Source of the DNA: Oscillospiraceae bacterium
GTDB lineage: Bacteria > Bacillota > Clostridia > Oscillospirales > Ruminococcaceae
Direction of reading: 5' to 3'
Length of the DNA: 55,472 nucleotides
Assembly (NCBI GenBank): GCA_051893715.1
Contig: JBJFHP010000100.1
Location: 1-55,472, forward strand
The stretch's first letter is position 1, and each line of letters starts with the position of its first letter. A program made the position numbers and the translations under genes. Below are positions 18,214 to 28,745 of the stretch, piece by piece. The notes under the pieces are model-generated. The model had not been told where the DNA came from and did no database searches. It saw only the letters and a program-made list of their open reading frames with translations.

Positions 18214-19737
18214 ATGTTCAGCAAGGTAAACAGCGTCGGACTTTTCGGGCTTAATGCGTTTCATGTTACCGCCGAGGCGAGCGTTTCGACGGGCACGCCT
18301 AGCTTTGATATTGTCGGAATGCCCGACATTGCCGTCCAGGAAAGCAAGGCTAGGATACGCTCCGTTTTCGGTCAGCTCGGAATGAAGCTGCCTGTGGGCA
18401 GGATAACCGTGAACCTTGCCCCCGCGGGCGTAAGAAAGGTCGGCTCGGTGTTTGACCTTGCGATAATTATTGCGCTGATGAAAGCGGGCGGGCTTATCGA
18501 AGCCGACACGGACGGCTGCGCGTTTATCGGGGAGCTTTCGCTGAACGGCGAGCTTGCGCCCGTTAACGGCGCGCTGAGCATGACGCTTAACGCCGCGCAG
18601 GACGGCATAAAGCGCGTTTTCCTCCCGAAACGGAACGCGCGCGAGGCGTCCGTCGCCGACGGGATAGAGGTATACGGCGCGGAGCACATCTCGCAGATAC
18701 TGACATTTCTCAGGAGCGGCAGCGGGCTTGCTCCCGAGCCGAAATATATCCCCGACCCCGCCGCGTCGCTGTTCACGGAGGATTTTTCGGAGGTAATGGG
18801 TCAGTTTGCCGCCAAAAAAGCGATAGAAACCGCCGCTGCGGGCTTTCACAACATACTTATGCTGGGACCGCCCGGCTCGGGCAAATCCATGCTTGCAAAG
18901 AGGATACCCTCAATTCTCCCGAAAATAACGTTCGAGGAGAGCATTGAAACGACGCAGATATATTCCGTCGCGGGAATGACGGACCCGTCCGCGCCGCTCG
19001 TCACGTCGCGCCCGTTCCGCTCGGTGAGCCATACGGCGAGCGGAGTAGGTCTTGTCGGCGGAGGGAGCATTCCGAAGCCGGGGGAGATATCCCTTGCGCA
19101 CAACGGCGTGCTGTTCCTTGACGAGCTTCCCGAGTTCGACAGGCGCGTTCTCGAAACGCTGCGGCAGCCGCTGGAGAACGGCGAGATAACCATTTCCCGC
19201 GCGAGCGGCTCGGTGAATTACCCCTGCAATATCATGCTGGTCGCGGCGATGAACCCCTGCCCCTGCGGGAATTTCGGCAGCGGCAAGAAATGCACCTGCA
19301 CACCTATCAAGGTCAGTCAGTATCTCGGGAAGATATCGCAGCCGGTGCTTGACAGAATAGATATACAGGTTGAGGTCAAGGCGGTGGAATATTCCGACCT
19401 TTCCGAAAGGACGCCGCAGGAGAGCTCCGCCGCGATAGCCGAGCGGGTGCAGAAAGCGCGCGATATACAGGCAAAGCGCTTTGCGGGCACAAATATAAAA
19501 TGCAACAGCGGGATAACGCCCGATATTATCGCCGAGGTGTGCCGCATGACCGACAGCGCGCAGCAGATGCTGAAGGACGCTTTCGGAAAGCTGGGACTGA
19601 CCGCGAGGGCTTACGACAGGATACTGAAAGTCGCGCGTACCTGCGCCGACCTTGACGGCAGCGAGGAGATACAGCGGCAGCATATCTCGCAGGCGATAGG
19701 TTTCAGAAGCCTTGACAGAAAATACTGGAACAGATGA
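18214..19737 (+). CDS. comM: YifB/ComM Mg-chelatase-like AAA+ ATPase
   Basis: ITVNLAPA, GELSLNG, GPPGSGKS, PGEISLAHNGVLFLDELPEF, AMNPCPCG, RILKVART. Confidence 0.93.
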   Translation: MFSKVNSVGLFGLNAFHVTAEASVSTGTPSFDIVGMPDIAVQESKARIRSVFGQLGMKLPVGRITVNLAPAGVRKVGSVFDLAIIIALMKAGGLIEADTDGCAFIGELSLNGELAPVNGALSMTLNAAQDGIKRVFLPKRNAREASVADGIEVYGAEHISQILTFLRSGSGLAPEPKYIPDPAASLFTEDFSEVMGQFAAKKAIETAAAGFHNILMLGPPGSGKSMLAKRIPSILPKITFEESIETTQIYSVAGMTDPSAPLVTSRPFRSVSHTASGVGLVGGGSIPKPGEISLAHNGVLFLDELPEFDRRVLETLRQPLENGEITISRASGSVNYPCNIMLVAAMNPCPCGNFGSGKKCTCTPIKVSQYLGKISQPVLDRIDIQVEVKAVEYSDLSERTPQESSAAIAERVQKARDIQAKRFAGTNIKCNSGITPDIIAEVCRMTDSAQQMLKDAFGKLGLTARAYDRILKVARTCADLDGSEEIQRQHISQAIGFRSLDRKYWNR

Positions 19738-19757
19738 TCCGAACAGGAGATGATATT

Positions 19758-21230
19758 ATGAACAGAAGCTGCGGAGTGCTCATGCACATAACCTCGCTCC
19801 CCTCTCCCTACGGGATAGGAACATTCGGCAGCGAGGCGGAGAAATTCGCCGACTGGCTGAAATCGGCGGGGCAGAAATACTGGCAGGTGCTCCCGATAGG
19901 ACCGACGGGCTACGGCGACTCGCCGTATCAGCCGTTTTCCTCCTTTGCGGGCAATCCGCTGATGATAGACCTTGACGAGCTCTGCGAGAACGGGTATATA
20001 ACGCGCGAGGCGTGCGCTGCCGCCGATTACGGCGCCGACCCCGGGTATGTTGATTTTGAAAAGGTAAGTTCTACTAAAATGGCGCTTCTGCGGCAGGCGT
20101 TCGCGAATTTCGAGGACGACGTGGGGTACACCTCGTTCGTGCTTGAGGAAGCGGACTGGCTGGACGACTACGCGCTTTTCACCGCGCTGAAATCGAAATT
20201 CGGCGGCAGACCGTGGAATATGTGGGACGACGACATCAAGCTGCGCCGGCCCGAGGCGGTCGAAAAATACACCGCCGAGCTTAAAGAGGAGATACGCTTC
20301 ATAAAGTTCGTGCAGTACATTTTCTATCGTCAGTGGAACCGCTTCCACCGCTACTGCAACAGCGTCGGCATACAGATAATCGGGGACATTCCTATATATG
20401 TTTCGCCCGACTGCGCGGACGTATGGGCGCAGCCCGAGCTGTTCGAGCTGGACGAAAAGCGCAATCCTAAGCGCGTTGCGGGAGTACCGCCGGATTATTT
20501 CTCAAAGACGGGTCAGCTCTGGGGCAACCCGCTCTACAACTGGAAGGAAATGAAGAAAACGGGGTACGAATGGTGGATAAAGCGCATAAGCAAGTCCGCG
20601 CAGTGCTATGATATGCTCCGCATAGACCACTTCCGCGCGTTCGACACCTATTACGCGATACCGTTCGGTCACACGACCGCCGAAAACGGCACATGGGAGT
20701 TAGGCCCCGGAATGGAGCTTTTCAACGCGGTAAGGGAAAAGCTGGGCGACGTCAACATCATCGCCGAGGATCTCGGTGATATTTTCGACAGCGTTAAGGT
20801 GCTGCTGAAAAACACCGGTTTCCCGGGAATGCGGGTGCTTCAGTTCGGCTTTAACCCCGAAAACAACGACAACGACCACCTGCCGCATAATTATGTCCCG
20901 AACTGCGTTGCATACACCGGCACGCACGACAACGCAACGATAATGCAGTGGTACAGGGAAGCGGACGGAAAGTCCCGCGCAATGGCGAGAAGCTACCTCG
21001 ACAAGGGGCTGTTCGAGAGCTTTAACAGGTGCTGCATAAAGCGGCTGTACGCAAGTCCCGCAGGGCTTGTCATTGTTCCCATGCAGGATATAATCGGGCT
21101 GGGCAAGGACGCGAGAATGAATGTCCCCTCGACTGTCGGCGGGAACTGGAACTGGCGTATGCAGAGCGGCGCGCTCACCGCGAAGCGCGCTTCGTTCCTC
21201 AAAGAGCTTTCGGAGAAGTATTTCAGGTAA
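19758..21230 (+). CDS. malQ: 4-alpha-glucanotransferase (GH77)
   Basis: GVLMHITSLP, GDSPYQ, GVPPDYFSKTGQLWGNP, RIDHFR, AEDLG, YTGTHDN. Confidence 0.96.
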   Translation: MNRSCGVLMHITSLPSPYGIGTFGSEAEKFADWLKSAGQKYWQVLPIGPTGYGDSPYQPFSSFAGNPLMIDLDELCENGYITREACAAADYGADPGYVDFEKVSSTKMALLRQAFANFEDDVGYTSFVLEEADWLDDYALFTALKSKFGGRPWNMWDDDIKLRRPEAVEKYTAELKEEIRFIKFVQYIFYRQWNRFHRYCNSVGIQIIGDIPIYVSPDCADVWAQPELFELDEKRNPKRVAGVPPDYFSKTGQLWGNPLYNWKEMKKTGYEWWIKRISKSAQCYDMLRIDHFRAFDTYYAIPFGHTTAENGTWELGPGMELFNAVREKLGDVNIIAEDLGDIFDSVKVLLKNTGFPGMRVLQFGFNPENNDNDHLPHNYVPNCVAYTGTHDNATIMQWYREADGKSRAMARSYLDKGLFESFNRCCIKRLYASPAGLVIVPMQDIIGLGKDARMNVPSTVGGNWNWRMQSGALTAKRASFLKELSEKYFR

Positions 21231-21306
21231 TTCGGGAAATATGTATATCAAGCCGCACTGCCCGTCGGGCGGCGCGGCTTTGCGGCAGAAAGGGGAGTAG
21301 TATCGG

Positions 21307-23190
21307 GTGCGGAACAGATTTAAAACGGCGGACAAGCTTGCCTTTGACGGAGAATTGGGCGCGGTCTATTCGCGCGGCGGAACGGTTTTCCGCGTCTGGT
21401 CGCCGCCCGCGGAGCGCGTTGAGCTGCGGCTGTACGAAAGCGGCACGGCAAAGTTGCCTTTCTTTTCGGCAGACATGAAAAGGGCGGATAAAGGCGTGTG
21501 GGAATATGCGAAAAGCGGCGATCTCGACGGGGTGTATTACACCTATTCCGTGACGATAAGGGGCAGGACGCGTGAAACGGCGGACATTTATTCCGTGTCG
21601 GTCAGCGCGGACGGCAGCCGCGGAATGGTCGCCGATATGGAGCGCGCCGCGCCCGACGGCTGGGAAAACAGCGCGCCCGTTAAGCTTTCCTCTCCCGCGG
21701 ACGCGGTGATATACGAGCTTAGCGTCCGCGATTTTTCCACAGACGGCAGCGCGGATTTTAAGCACAGGGGGAAATATTCCGCCTTTGCGGAAAGCGGCGC
21801 TGCCTGCGGGGAAATGACGGTCGGGCTCGACTATATCCGCTCTCTCGGGGCAACGCATATTCAATTGCTGCCCGTGCTTGATTTTGCGTGCAAGAAAGGT
21901 TACAGTTGGGGCTATGACCCGCGCTTCACAATGGCGCCCGAGGGGTCGTATTCCTCCGACCCGAACAACGGTCACGCGCGGATAAGGGAGCTTCGGCAGC
22001 TTGTCATGGCGGCGCATGAAAAAGGGCTGGGCGTTGTTGCGGACGTGGTGTTAAATCACAGCTTTTCGGCGGAGGAGTCGGCTTTCGGGCGGACGTTCCC
22101 GCATTATTACTACCGCGGGGAGAACGGCTATTCCAACGGCTCGGGCTGCGGCAACGAATTTGCGAGCGAAAGGAAAATGGCGGGCAGGGTCATAAAGGAC
22201 AGCCTTTGCTTCCTCGCGCGGGAATACAAGCTGGACGGCTTCCGCTTCGACCTCATGGGGCTTATCGACATAAATACGCTCAACGACTGCGAAAAAGCCC
22301 TGCGGGAGATAAACCCCGACATACTGCTGTACGGCGAGGGGTGGACGGGCGGCGCTTCGCCCATGCCCGAGGAATTGCGCGCGTTGAAGAAGAACGCCCG
22401 CCTTGTGCCGCGCTTCGCGATGTTCGGGGACGACTTCCGCGACGCGATAAAGGGCTCGGTGTTCAATGCCTTGGACAGGGGCTTTGTGAACGGCGCGGAT
22501 GACACACGGCGCGCGGAGATGATAAAATCGGGGCTCGCGGGGGGAGTGTTCCACCCCGAAATTAACATTGATAAGGAGCGCCTTTGGACGGACGACCCGC
22601 TGCAATGCATAAATTACGTTGAATGTCACGACGACCTCACGCTTGCGGACAAGCTTGCGCTGTCAATGCCCGAGGCGGACATGGCGCGGCGCATTGCGGC
22701 GGACAGAATGGCGGCGGCGCTGGTGATATTTGCGCAGGGGATACCGTTCATTCAGGCGGGGCAGGAATTTATGCGCTCGAAGCCGCTTGGGGAGGGATTT
22801 GACCGCAACAGCTATTGTTCCCCCGACAGCGTTAATTCCCTCAAATGGGACAAGGCGGCGGAGTACGCCGACACGGTGGAATATTACCGCGGGCTTATCG
22901 CGCTGCGGAAGAAATTCCCGCAGTTCCGCCTGCGGACGGCGGAGGAGATACGCGCGGGGCTGACCTTTGCCGACCTCGGAAAGGGCGCGTTTGCGGAGAT
23001 GACGGGCGGCGGGCAGGTGCTTGTCGTTAACCCCACGGAGGAACCGCTGCGCGTTGTTCTCGGGGGTGAGCACATCGTCTATGCCGACGGCGAGCGCGCA
23101 TCCGTGCAGCCGCTTTATACCACGGGAAATATCACGGAGGTAAGCCCGGTGAGCATTCTGCTTGCGCAGAGGGCAACGGGTGAATGTTGA
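21307..23190 (+). CDS. pulA: type I pullulanase (GH13)
   Basis: YSWGYDP, NGSGCGNE, DGFRFDLMG, YGEGW, YVECHDD, GQEFMRSK. Confidence 0.92.
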   Translation: MRNRFKTADKLAFDGELGAVYSRGGTVFRVWSPPAERVELRLYESGTAKLPFFSADMKRADKGVWEYAKSGDLDGVYYTYSVTIRGRTRETADIYSVSVSADGSRGMVADMERAAPDGWENSAPVKLSSPADAVIYELSVRDFSTDGSADFKHRGKYSAFAESGAACGEMTVGLDYIRSLGATHIQLLPVLDFACKKGYSWGYDPRFTMAPEGSYSSDPNNGHARIRELRQLVMAAHEKGLGVVADVVLNHSFSAEESAFGRTFPHYYYRGENGYSNGSGCGNEFASERKMAGRVIKDSLCFLAREYKLDGFRFDLMGLIDINTLNDCEKALREINPDILLYGEGWTGGASPMPEELRALKKNARLVPRFAMFGDDFRDAIKGSVFNALDRGFVNGADDTRRAEMIKSGLAGGVFHPEINIDKERLWTDDPLQCINYVECHDDLTLADKLALSMPEADMARRIAADRMAAALVIFAQGIPFIQAGQEFMRSKPLGEGFDRNSYCSPDSVNSLKWDKAAEYADTVEYYRGLIALRKKFPQFRLRTAEEIRAGLTFADLGKGAFAEMTGGGQVLVVNPTEEPLRVVLGGEHIVYADGERASVQPLYTTGNITEVSPVSILLAQRATGEC

Positions 23191-23199
23191 TAAAGGAAT

Positions 23200-23421
23200 A
23201 TGAAAGAATATAAAATAATAAGGATAATCGAGCCCGATTTCGGCTGCGAGGGGCTTCCCGAGGACGGGGAGAAATGCGACGAGGTGCTGCTCCGCGGCGC
23301 GGACGGCGGGGAGCTCACGCTGACGGTAAGCGACGCATATCTGTACGAAATCAACGCCGACGAGGGCAGCACTGTCCTCTCGGACGGCAAAAAAATATTC
23401 GCAAAGGAGGAACGGATATGA
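23200..23421 (+). CDS. small acidic hypothetical protein (73 aa)
   Basis: AAGGA RBS; fills the pulA-aminopeptidase gap; stop overlaps the next start (ATGA). Confidence 0.7.
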   Translation: MKEYKIIRIIEPDFGCEGLPEDGEKCDEVLLRGADGGELTLTVSDAYLYEINADEGSTVLSDGKKIFAKEERI

Positions 23422-25208
23422 CCGTACCCGAAAAAATAACCGCGCTCAGAGCGGCAATGAAAGCGCGCGGGGTATACGCCTGCATCATCTGCACGGAGGA
23501 CTTCCACGGCTCGGAATACGTCGGCGCACATTTCATGCTGCGCGAGTTCCTGTCGGGCTTTACGGGCTCGGCGGGAACGCTTGTCGTGACGGAAAGCGAG
23601 GCGGCGCTATGGACGGACGGGCGGTATTTTTTGCAGGCGGGAGAGCAGCTTCGCGGGAGCGGTATCGCGCTGATGAAGTCGGGCGAGGAGGGCGTTCCGA
23701 CCATTTATAAATATCTCGCCGAAAAAATGCCCGAGGGGAGCGTTCTCGGGTTTGACGGGCGAACCGTCCGCGCAAGCATGGCTCGTGCGCTCGAGCGGGA
23801 GCTTTCGCCGAGGAATATCACGTTCCGTTTTGACGAGGACACAGGCGGCGCTGTCTGGGCTGACCGCCCGCCGCTTTCCGCCGAGCCCGTTTACGCTCTC
23901 CCCGAAAAATACGCGGGAGTATCGCGCGCGGAAAAGCTGGAGCTTATACGCGAAAAAATGGCGGCGGCGGGCGCGGATACCCTCGCGGTGACGGCGCTTG
24001 ACGAGATAGCTTGGACGCTAAATCTGCGCGGCGGCGACGTGGAATACAACCCCGTTTTCCTTGCGTATATGCTGATAGGAAAGGACAACGCGGCGCTGTA
24101 TGCGAACGGGGAAATTTTCGGCGCGGAAATTATCGCGGCGCTCGCCGCTGACGGCGTGGAGCTTATGCCGTATGACAGCTTTTACGGGGACGTGGCAAGG
24201 CTCGGCGGCGCGGTTATGTTCGACCCGTCGCAGGTCAATTACCTGTTCGTAAAATCTCTTTCGGACGGGGTAAAGCGCGTTGAAACGCGCAGTCCGATAA
24301 TGCTGATGAAAGCGGTGAAAAATGCCGCCGAAATTGCTTCGGAGCGCTCCGCGCACATTAAGGACGGCGTGGCGGTGACGCGGTTCATGTATTGGCTCAA
24401 GCAGAATGTCGGGCGCATTAAAATAACCGAAATAAGCGCCGCCGAAAAGCTTGAGGAGTTCCGCAGGGAGGGCGGGGGTTACCTCGGGCAGAGCTTCGCG
24501 CCGATAATGGCATACGGCGCTCACGCCGCGATAGTGCACTACTCTGCGACGGAGGAAAGCAATGCGGAGCTTTGCGCGCGGGGAATGCTGCTGTCCGACA
24601 CGGGCGGTCATTATTACGAGGGAACGACCGACATAACGCGCACGTTTGTTCTCGGTGAGCTGTCCGAGGAGGAAAAACGGGGCTTCACGCTGGTTCTTGC
24701 GGGACATCTTGACCTTGCGGCGGCAAAGTTCATGTACGGCTGCAAGGGGGCAAATCTCGATTACACCGCGCGCGAGCCGCTGTGGAGATATGGCATGGAT
24801 TTCAACCACGGCACGGGGCACGGCGTCGGGTATCTCCTGAATGTCCACGAGGGACCCAACAGGATACACTGGCGGATACGCCCGAGCGCGGCGGACAGCG
24901 TGCTTGAGGAGGGAATGATAACCTCGGACGAGCCGGGGCTTTATGTCGCGGGGAAATTCGGCATTCGCCACGAGAGCCTTGTCCTCTGCTGCGAAAGCGA
25001 GCGCACGGAATACGGCAGGTTCATGGAATTTGAAACGCTGACCATGGTGCCGTTCGATCCCGACGGCGTTGAAACGGCGTATTTCTCCGACAGGGAGCTG
25101 GAGCGGTTCAACGCTTATCAGAAGCGTGTATGCGATAGGATAGCGCCGCTTCTCCCCGAAAACGAGGCAGAATGGCTGCGCGGGCTGACAAAGCCGCTGA
25201 CAAAATAA
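23418..25208 (+). CDS. Xaa-Pro aminopeptidase (peptidase M24B)
   Basis: SGFTGSAG, WTDGRY, DTGGHY, GTTDITRT, HGTGHGVG, VHEGP, DEPG, GIRHE. AGGAGG RBS before ATG 23418. Confidence 0.93.
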   Translation: MTVPEKITALRAAMKARGVYACIICTEDFHGSEYVGAHFMLREFLSGFTGSAGTLVVTESEAALWTDGRYFLQAGEQLRGSGIALMKSGEEGVPTIYKYLAEKMPEGSVLGFDGRTVRASMARALERELSPRNITFRFDEDTGGAVWADRPPLSAEPVYALPEKYAGVSRAEKLELIREKMAAAGADTLAVTALDEIAWTLNLRGGDVEYNPVFLAYMLIGKDNAALYANGEIFGAEIIAALAADGVELMPYDSFYGDVARLGGAVMFDPSQVNYLFVKSLSDGVKRVETRSPIMLMKAVKNAAEIASERSAHIKDGVAVTRFMYWLKQNVGRIKITEISAAEKLEEFRREGGGYLGQSFAPIMAYGAHAAIVHYSATEESNAELCARGMLLSDTGGHYYEGTTDITRTFVLGELSEEEKRGFTLVLAGHLDLAAAKFMYGCKGANLDYTAREPLWRYGMDFNHGTGHGVGYLLNVHEGPNRIHWRIRPSAADSVLEEGMITSDEPGLYVAGKFGIRHESLVLCCESERTEYGRFMEFETLTMVPFDPDGVETAYFSDRELERFNAYQKRVCDRIAPLLPENEAEWLRGLTKPLTK

Positions 25209-25214
25209 AAAATT

Positions 25215-25243
25215 GACCCGCGGAACGTTTCATCCCGCGGGTC
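25215..25243. terminator. terminator hairpin between convergent genes
   Basis: GACCCGCGG ... CCGCGGGTC with an A-run on the left. Confidence 0.7.
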
Positions 25244-25296
25244 GCTGTGTTATTTCAATATTTTGCAGAATATCGGCTAAAATTCCCTTGCGCGGT

Positions 25297-26925
25297 TCAG
25301 ATAACCACATCAAAGCGTATCTCGCCTGCGGCGGGGTATGTCCGCCATGTGTAATAGCTGTCGCTGAAGCTGAGCCCGTTCTTCTCGCAGTCGCTTACGA
25401 TGTCGTTATAGACCCTGTCGCAAACCGCGTCGACCAGATCCGCGCGGCAGTATATCGTTGTGGAATAAATTCCCTTGGCGTAATTCGCGACGGTCTGTTC
25501 AAGCAGCGCATTGTACGCCTTGTCTACGCTGTCGTAAACCGTGAAGAAATAGGTGAAGTAGTTGTAATCCTCGGTGACAGCCGCCGCGCCGCTTAACGGG
25601 AACCACGATTCGGTGGTGTGATCCGCTGCTATCTGCTCGTCGGACAGGCAGAAATAACCGAACGACGAATAGTCGCCCATGTCGTCCCATGTCGCGTCAA
25701 GCTGACACCAGTTTCCGTTGATATTGACCTTGTTCCAGCCGTGGGATCCGTCCGCTTCGCCCGTTATAAAAATGCAGGGTATGCCGACCGACTGACACAG
25801 GTACATCACCGCCATGGAATAGCCCTCGCACTGCGCCTTGCCGTTGACGAGCGGACCTATAATGCTGCATTCGGGGTGTTTATCGGTGCAGAGGTATTCG
25901 GTAGCAGCGTTAACGGAGGAATAAATTGACAGCAGCACCTCGTAGTCGGACTTTTCCTTTAGGGCGCGGTCGATGATGTCCTCGGCTGCCTTGTCGATAA
26001 GCCCGCCTATACGCTTTTTCTCGGCGGAGGTTGTTATGTAATATTGCGGGTGCAGCTCGTAGATATAATTAGTGTCGCCGACGGTGCGGTAATTGTAGTA
26101 ATATGAAATGTGATCCAGCGCAAAGAACTGCGGGTTTTCGTAGTTGAACAGCCGCCATACATAGTCAAACTCCGATTCCGTAACGTTTTTCGGAGTTATG
26201 GGAAAAGATGTCTTATCTGCGCTCACGCCGTCCCATATGTCGCGGTATATCTGCTTCTGCCTGTCGTCCAGCTGATTGTAATAGTATTTCTTGGTGTAGT
26301 CGTTGAGTATGCTTTTCGACCTGCCGACAGTGAGCGTTGTGGACGAGGTGAACTCTGCGGAATAATATTTCGCGGTAAAGCCCGTTTTCAGCGCAAGCAC
26401 GCGCAGCTTGCAGCTTGAATCTACCTTTATTCCCGCTTTGGGAAATTCGGGGGATTTCTTTGTCGGCTTGCTGCCGTCCAGCGTGTAGTAAAGCTTTACC
26501 CCCGAAAGAGAGGATTTTGCCTTGACGGTGACGGAGCCGTCTACCTCGCCGCCGTTGGGTGTTATAGTTACCTTAGGCGTGAATTTGTAGGTTCGGGTGA
26601 CGGTCTTGCTTTTTGAGGAGCCGCTTTTCGCGTAGAATTTGAGGGTAGTATTTTTGGACAGGGTCAACGGCTTTGTGTATTTTTTGTAGCTGCCGCCGTT
26701 AACGCTGTAATAAATAACGGCGCCCTTTGTACCGCAGGACAGCGTTACCTTTTTGAGCGAGGAAACGCTGTATGTGCCCGATTTCAGCGAAGCCGTCGGG
26801 GTCTTGACTGCCGCTGCCGCCTCTGCCGTGACGGTTAACGACGGGAGCGCTCCCGTATCGGGCAGCGCCATCGGCGCCAAAGCAATAACAGCCGCCAATA
26901 CGGCGGAAATAAGCTTCTTTTTCAT
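25297..26925 (-). CDS. secreted protein with two CHB_HEX_C/Fn3-associated modules and a transglutaminase-like (Cys-His-Asp) domain
   Basis: Signal peptide; repeats with IYYSVNG and LYYTLDGSKPT; AQCEGYS, HGWN, LDATWDD. Confidence 0.85.
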   Translation of the reverse strand: MKKKLISAVLAAVIALAPMALPDTGALPSLTVTAEAAAAVKTPTASLKSGTYSVSSLKKVTLSCGTKGAVIYYSVNGGSYKKYTKPLTLSKNTTLKFYAKSGSSKSKTVTRTYKFTPKVTITPNGGEVDGSVTVKAKSSLSGVKLYYTLDGSKPTKKSPEFPKAGIKVDSSCKLRVLALKTGFTAKYYSAEFTSSTTLTVGRSKSILNDYTKKYYYNQLDDRQKQIYRDIWDGVSADKTSFPITPKNVTESEFDYVWRLFNYENPQFFALDHISYYYNYRTVGDTNYIYELHPQYYITTSAEKKRIGGLIDKAAEDIIDRALKEKSDYEVLLSIYSSVNAATEYLCTDKHPECSIIGPLVNGKAQCEGYSMAVMYLCQSVGIPCIFITGEADGSHGWNKVNINGNWCQLDATWDDMGDYSSFGYFCLSDEQIAADHTTESWFPLSGAAAVTEDYNYFTYFFTVYDSVDKAYNALLEQTVANYAKGIYSTTIYCRADLVDAVCDRVYNDIVSDCEKNGLSFSDSYYTWRTYPAAGEIRFDVVI

Positions 26926-27097
26926 AACGATCCTCCTTTGACCGCGTGTGTTTTCGTAACATTATTGTACCATATTTTCCCGAATAAGTGAATAGAATAT
27001 CGTTTCTTAATTGTGAATGTCCTGAATTTTTGTAGCCTTAAATAAGTATTCGGGGCTTGGTTTGTGTAATATCACAGCATATTGCGCCGATGAAATA

Positions 27098-27153
27098 AAT
27101 TGTCAACTAATTTTAAAAAACGGGTTGACAATTCGCGCTGTCTGGATTATAAT
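27098..27153 (+). promoter_or_regulatory. BirA operator overlapping the sigma-A promoter of the bio operon
   Basis: Perfect AATTGTCAAC-N16-GTTGACAATT matches the Firmicute BirA consensus. Its right arm contains the -35 TTGACA (27125-27130); TATAAT at 27148-27153. Confidence 0.9.
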
Positions 27154-27191
27154 ATTAAACGGTTAACCAATGAATAAAAAGGAGGGTGCAT

Positions 27192-28145
27192 ATGTCGGTC
27201 AAAAGCGACGCCGCTGTTTATCTTGAACAGAACAGGGGCAGGACGGTTTCGGGGCAGGAGCTTGCCGATTCGCTCGGGGTGACCCGCGCGGCGGTCAGCA
27301 AGGCGGTAAAGGCGCTGCGCAGCGAGGGCTACCGTATAACCGCCGCGCCGAACAGGGGCTACATTCTTGAACCCGAAAGCGATGTCCTGTCCGAGGAGGG
27401 AATACGCGTACTTCTCCCCGAGGAGCACCGGGCGCTGCCGCTGACGGTGTACAAAAGCATTGACTCCACCAACAACGAGGCGAAGCGTTACGCGATGCTT
27501 GGCGCGCCGCACGGCACGATAATTGCCGCCGACGCCCAGACCAACGGCAGGGGCAGGAGCGGCAAGAGCTTCTATTCCCCCGCGGGGACGGGACTGTATT
27601 TAAGCGTTGTCCTCCGTCCCGAAAAGCCGCTTTCCGACTGCATTTACACCACCATTGCCGCCGCCGACGCGCTTGCGGACACGATCGAGGAGCTCACCGA
27701 CTGCGAGCCGAGGATAAAGTGGGTCAACGACATCATTGTCAACGGCAGAAAGGTCTGCGGGATACTCACCGAGGCGATAAGCGACATTGAAAGCGGCATG
27801 GCGGAAACTGTTATCGTGGGCGTGGGGCTCAACGTCACAACGGAGGATTTTCCCCCCGACATTTCGCAGACGGCGGGCTCGCTGTGCTGCTCTGCGACGC
27901 GCAACAGCCTTGCCGCGGGGATAATATCGCGGATAATCGAATATACGCGCCGTGCTGACAGCCGCGAGCTGCTCGACAGGTACAGAAGCCGCTCCGCCGT
28001 GCTCGGTCGGACCGTAGGATTTACCCGAAACGGAGAAACGGTGACCGCGCTTGCGGACGAAATCGCCGACGACGGCAGCCTTATCGTCCGCACCGAAAAC
28101 GGCACAGAAAGGCTGCGGTCGGGCGAAATTTCAATAATAACGTAG
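27192..28145 (+). CDS. birA: bifunctional biotin ligase/repressor BirA
   Basis: N-terminal wHTH (SGQELADSLGVTRAAVSKAV), STN, QTNGRGRSG, KWVND, KVCGIL. Confidence 0.95.
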   Translation: MSVKSDAAVYLEQNRGRTVSGQELADSLGVTRAAVSKAVKALRSEGYRITAAPNRGYILEPESDVLSEEGIRVLLPEEHRALPLTVYKSIDSTNNEAKRYAMLGAPHGTIIAADAQTNGRGRSGKSFYSPAGTGLYLSVVLRPEKPLSDCIYTTIAAADALADTIEELTDCEPRIKWVNDIIVNGRKVCGILTEAISDIESGMAETVIVGVGLNVTTEDFPPDISQTAGSLCCSATRNSLAAGIISRIIEYTRRADSRELLDRYRSRSAVLGRTVGFTRNGETVTALADEIADDGSLIVRTENGTERLRSGEISIIT

Positions 28146-28160
28146 ACAGGAGAAAAAGAA

Positions 28161-28745
28161 ATGGAGAATACTGCGGCAAAAAAGAGAGTGAACGTGCTTA
28201 GTCTTGTGCTGTGCGCGCTGTTTGCGGCGCTGACGGCGGTGGGGGCTTTCATACAGATACCGCTCCCGCACCTTGATTATTTCACGCTTCAGTTTCTGTT
28301 TGTGATACTTTCGGGAATAACGCTCGGACCGAAGCTCGGCGCGGCTTCGGTGGGTGTGTATGTGCTTCTGGGGCTTGCGGGAGTACCGATATTTGCGGCG
28401 GGAGGCGGCATTGCGTATGTCCTCCGCCCGAGCTTCGGATATCTCGCCGCGTTCATCGGAGCAAGCTTTGTGACGGGCTTTATTTGCCAAAAAATCAAAG
28501 CGGATAAGTTTTGGAAATACCTTGTCGCCGCGCTCGGCGGGTTTGTTGTTACCTATGCGATAGGGCTGGTGTACGAATATTTCATGGCGACGCTTTACCT
28601 CGGCGAGGAAACAACGCTGTGGCTTATATTCCTCGACTGCTTCCCGATAGATATGCCGGGCGACCTGCTGCTGTGCGTGCTTGCGGCGTTTATCGGAAAG
28701 CGCACCGAAAAGATAAGACGGAGGTATGTAAGGGTTGAATACTGA
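28161..28745 (+). CDS. bioY: biotin ECF transporter S-component BioY
   Basis: FTLQ, GLAGVPIFA, PSFGYL; location in the bio operon. Confidence 0.93.
   Translation: MENTAAKKRVNVLSLVLCALFAALTAVGAFIQIPLPHLDYFTLQFLFVILSGITLGPKLGAASVGVYVLLGLAGVPIFAAGGGIAYVLRPSFGYLAAFIGASFVTGFICQKIKADKFWKYLVAALGGFVVTYAIGLVYEYFMATLYLGEETTLWLIFLDCFPIDMPGDLLLCVLAAFIGKRTEKIRRRYVRVEY

Noticed and set aside
18214-21230. Functional link between comM and the adjacent malQ-pulA genes
   Set aside because: Adjacency only; no shared pathway and no other competence genes in the window.
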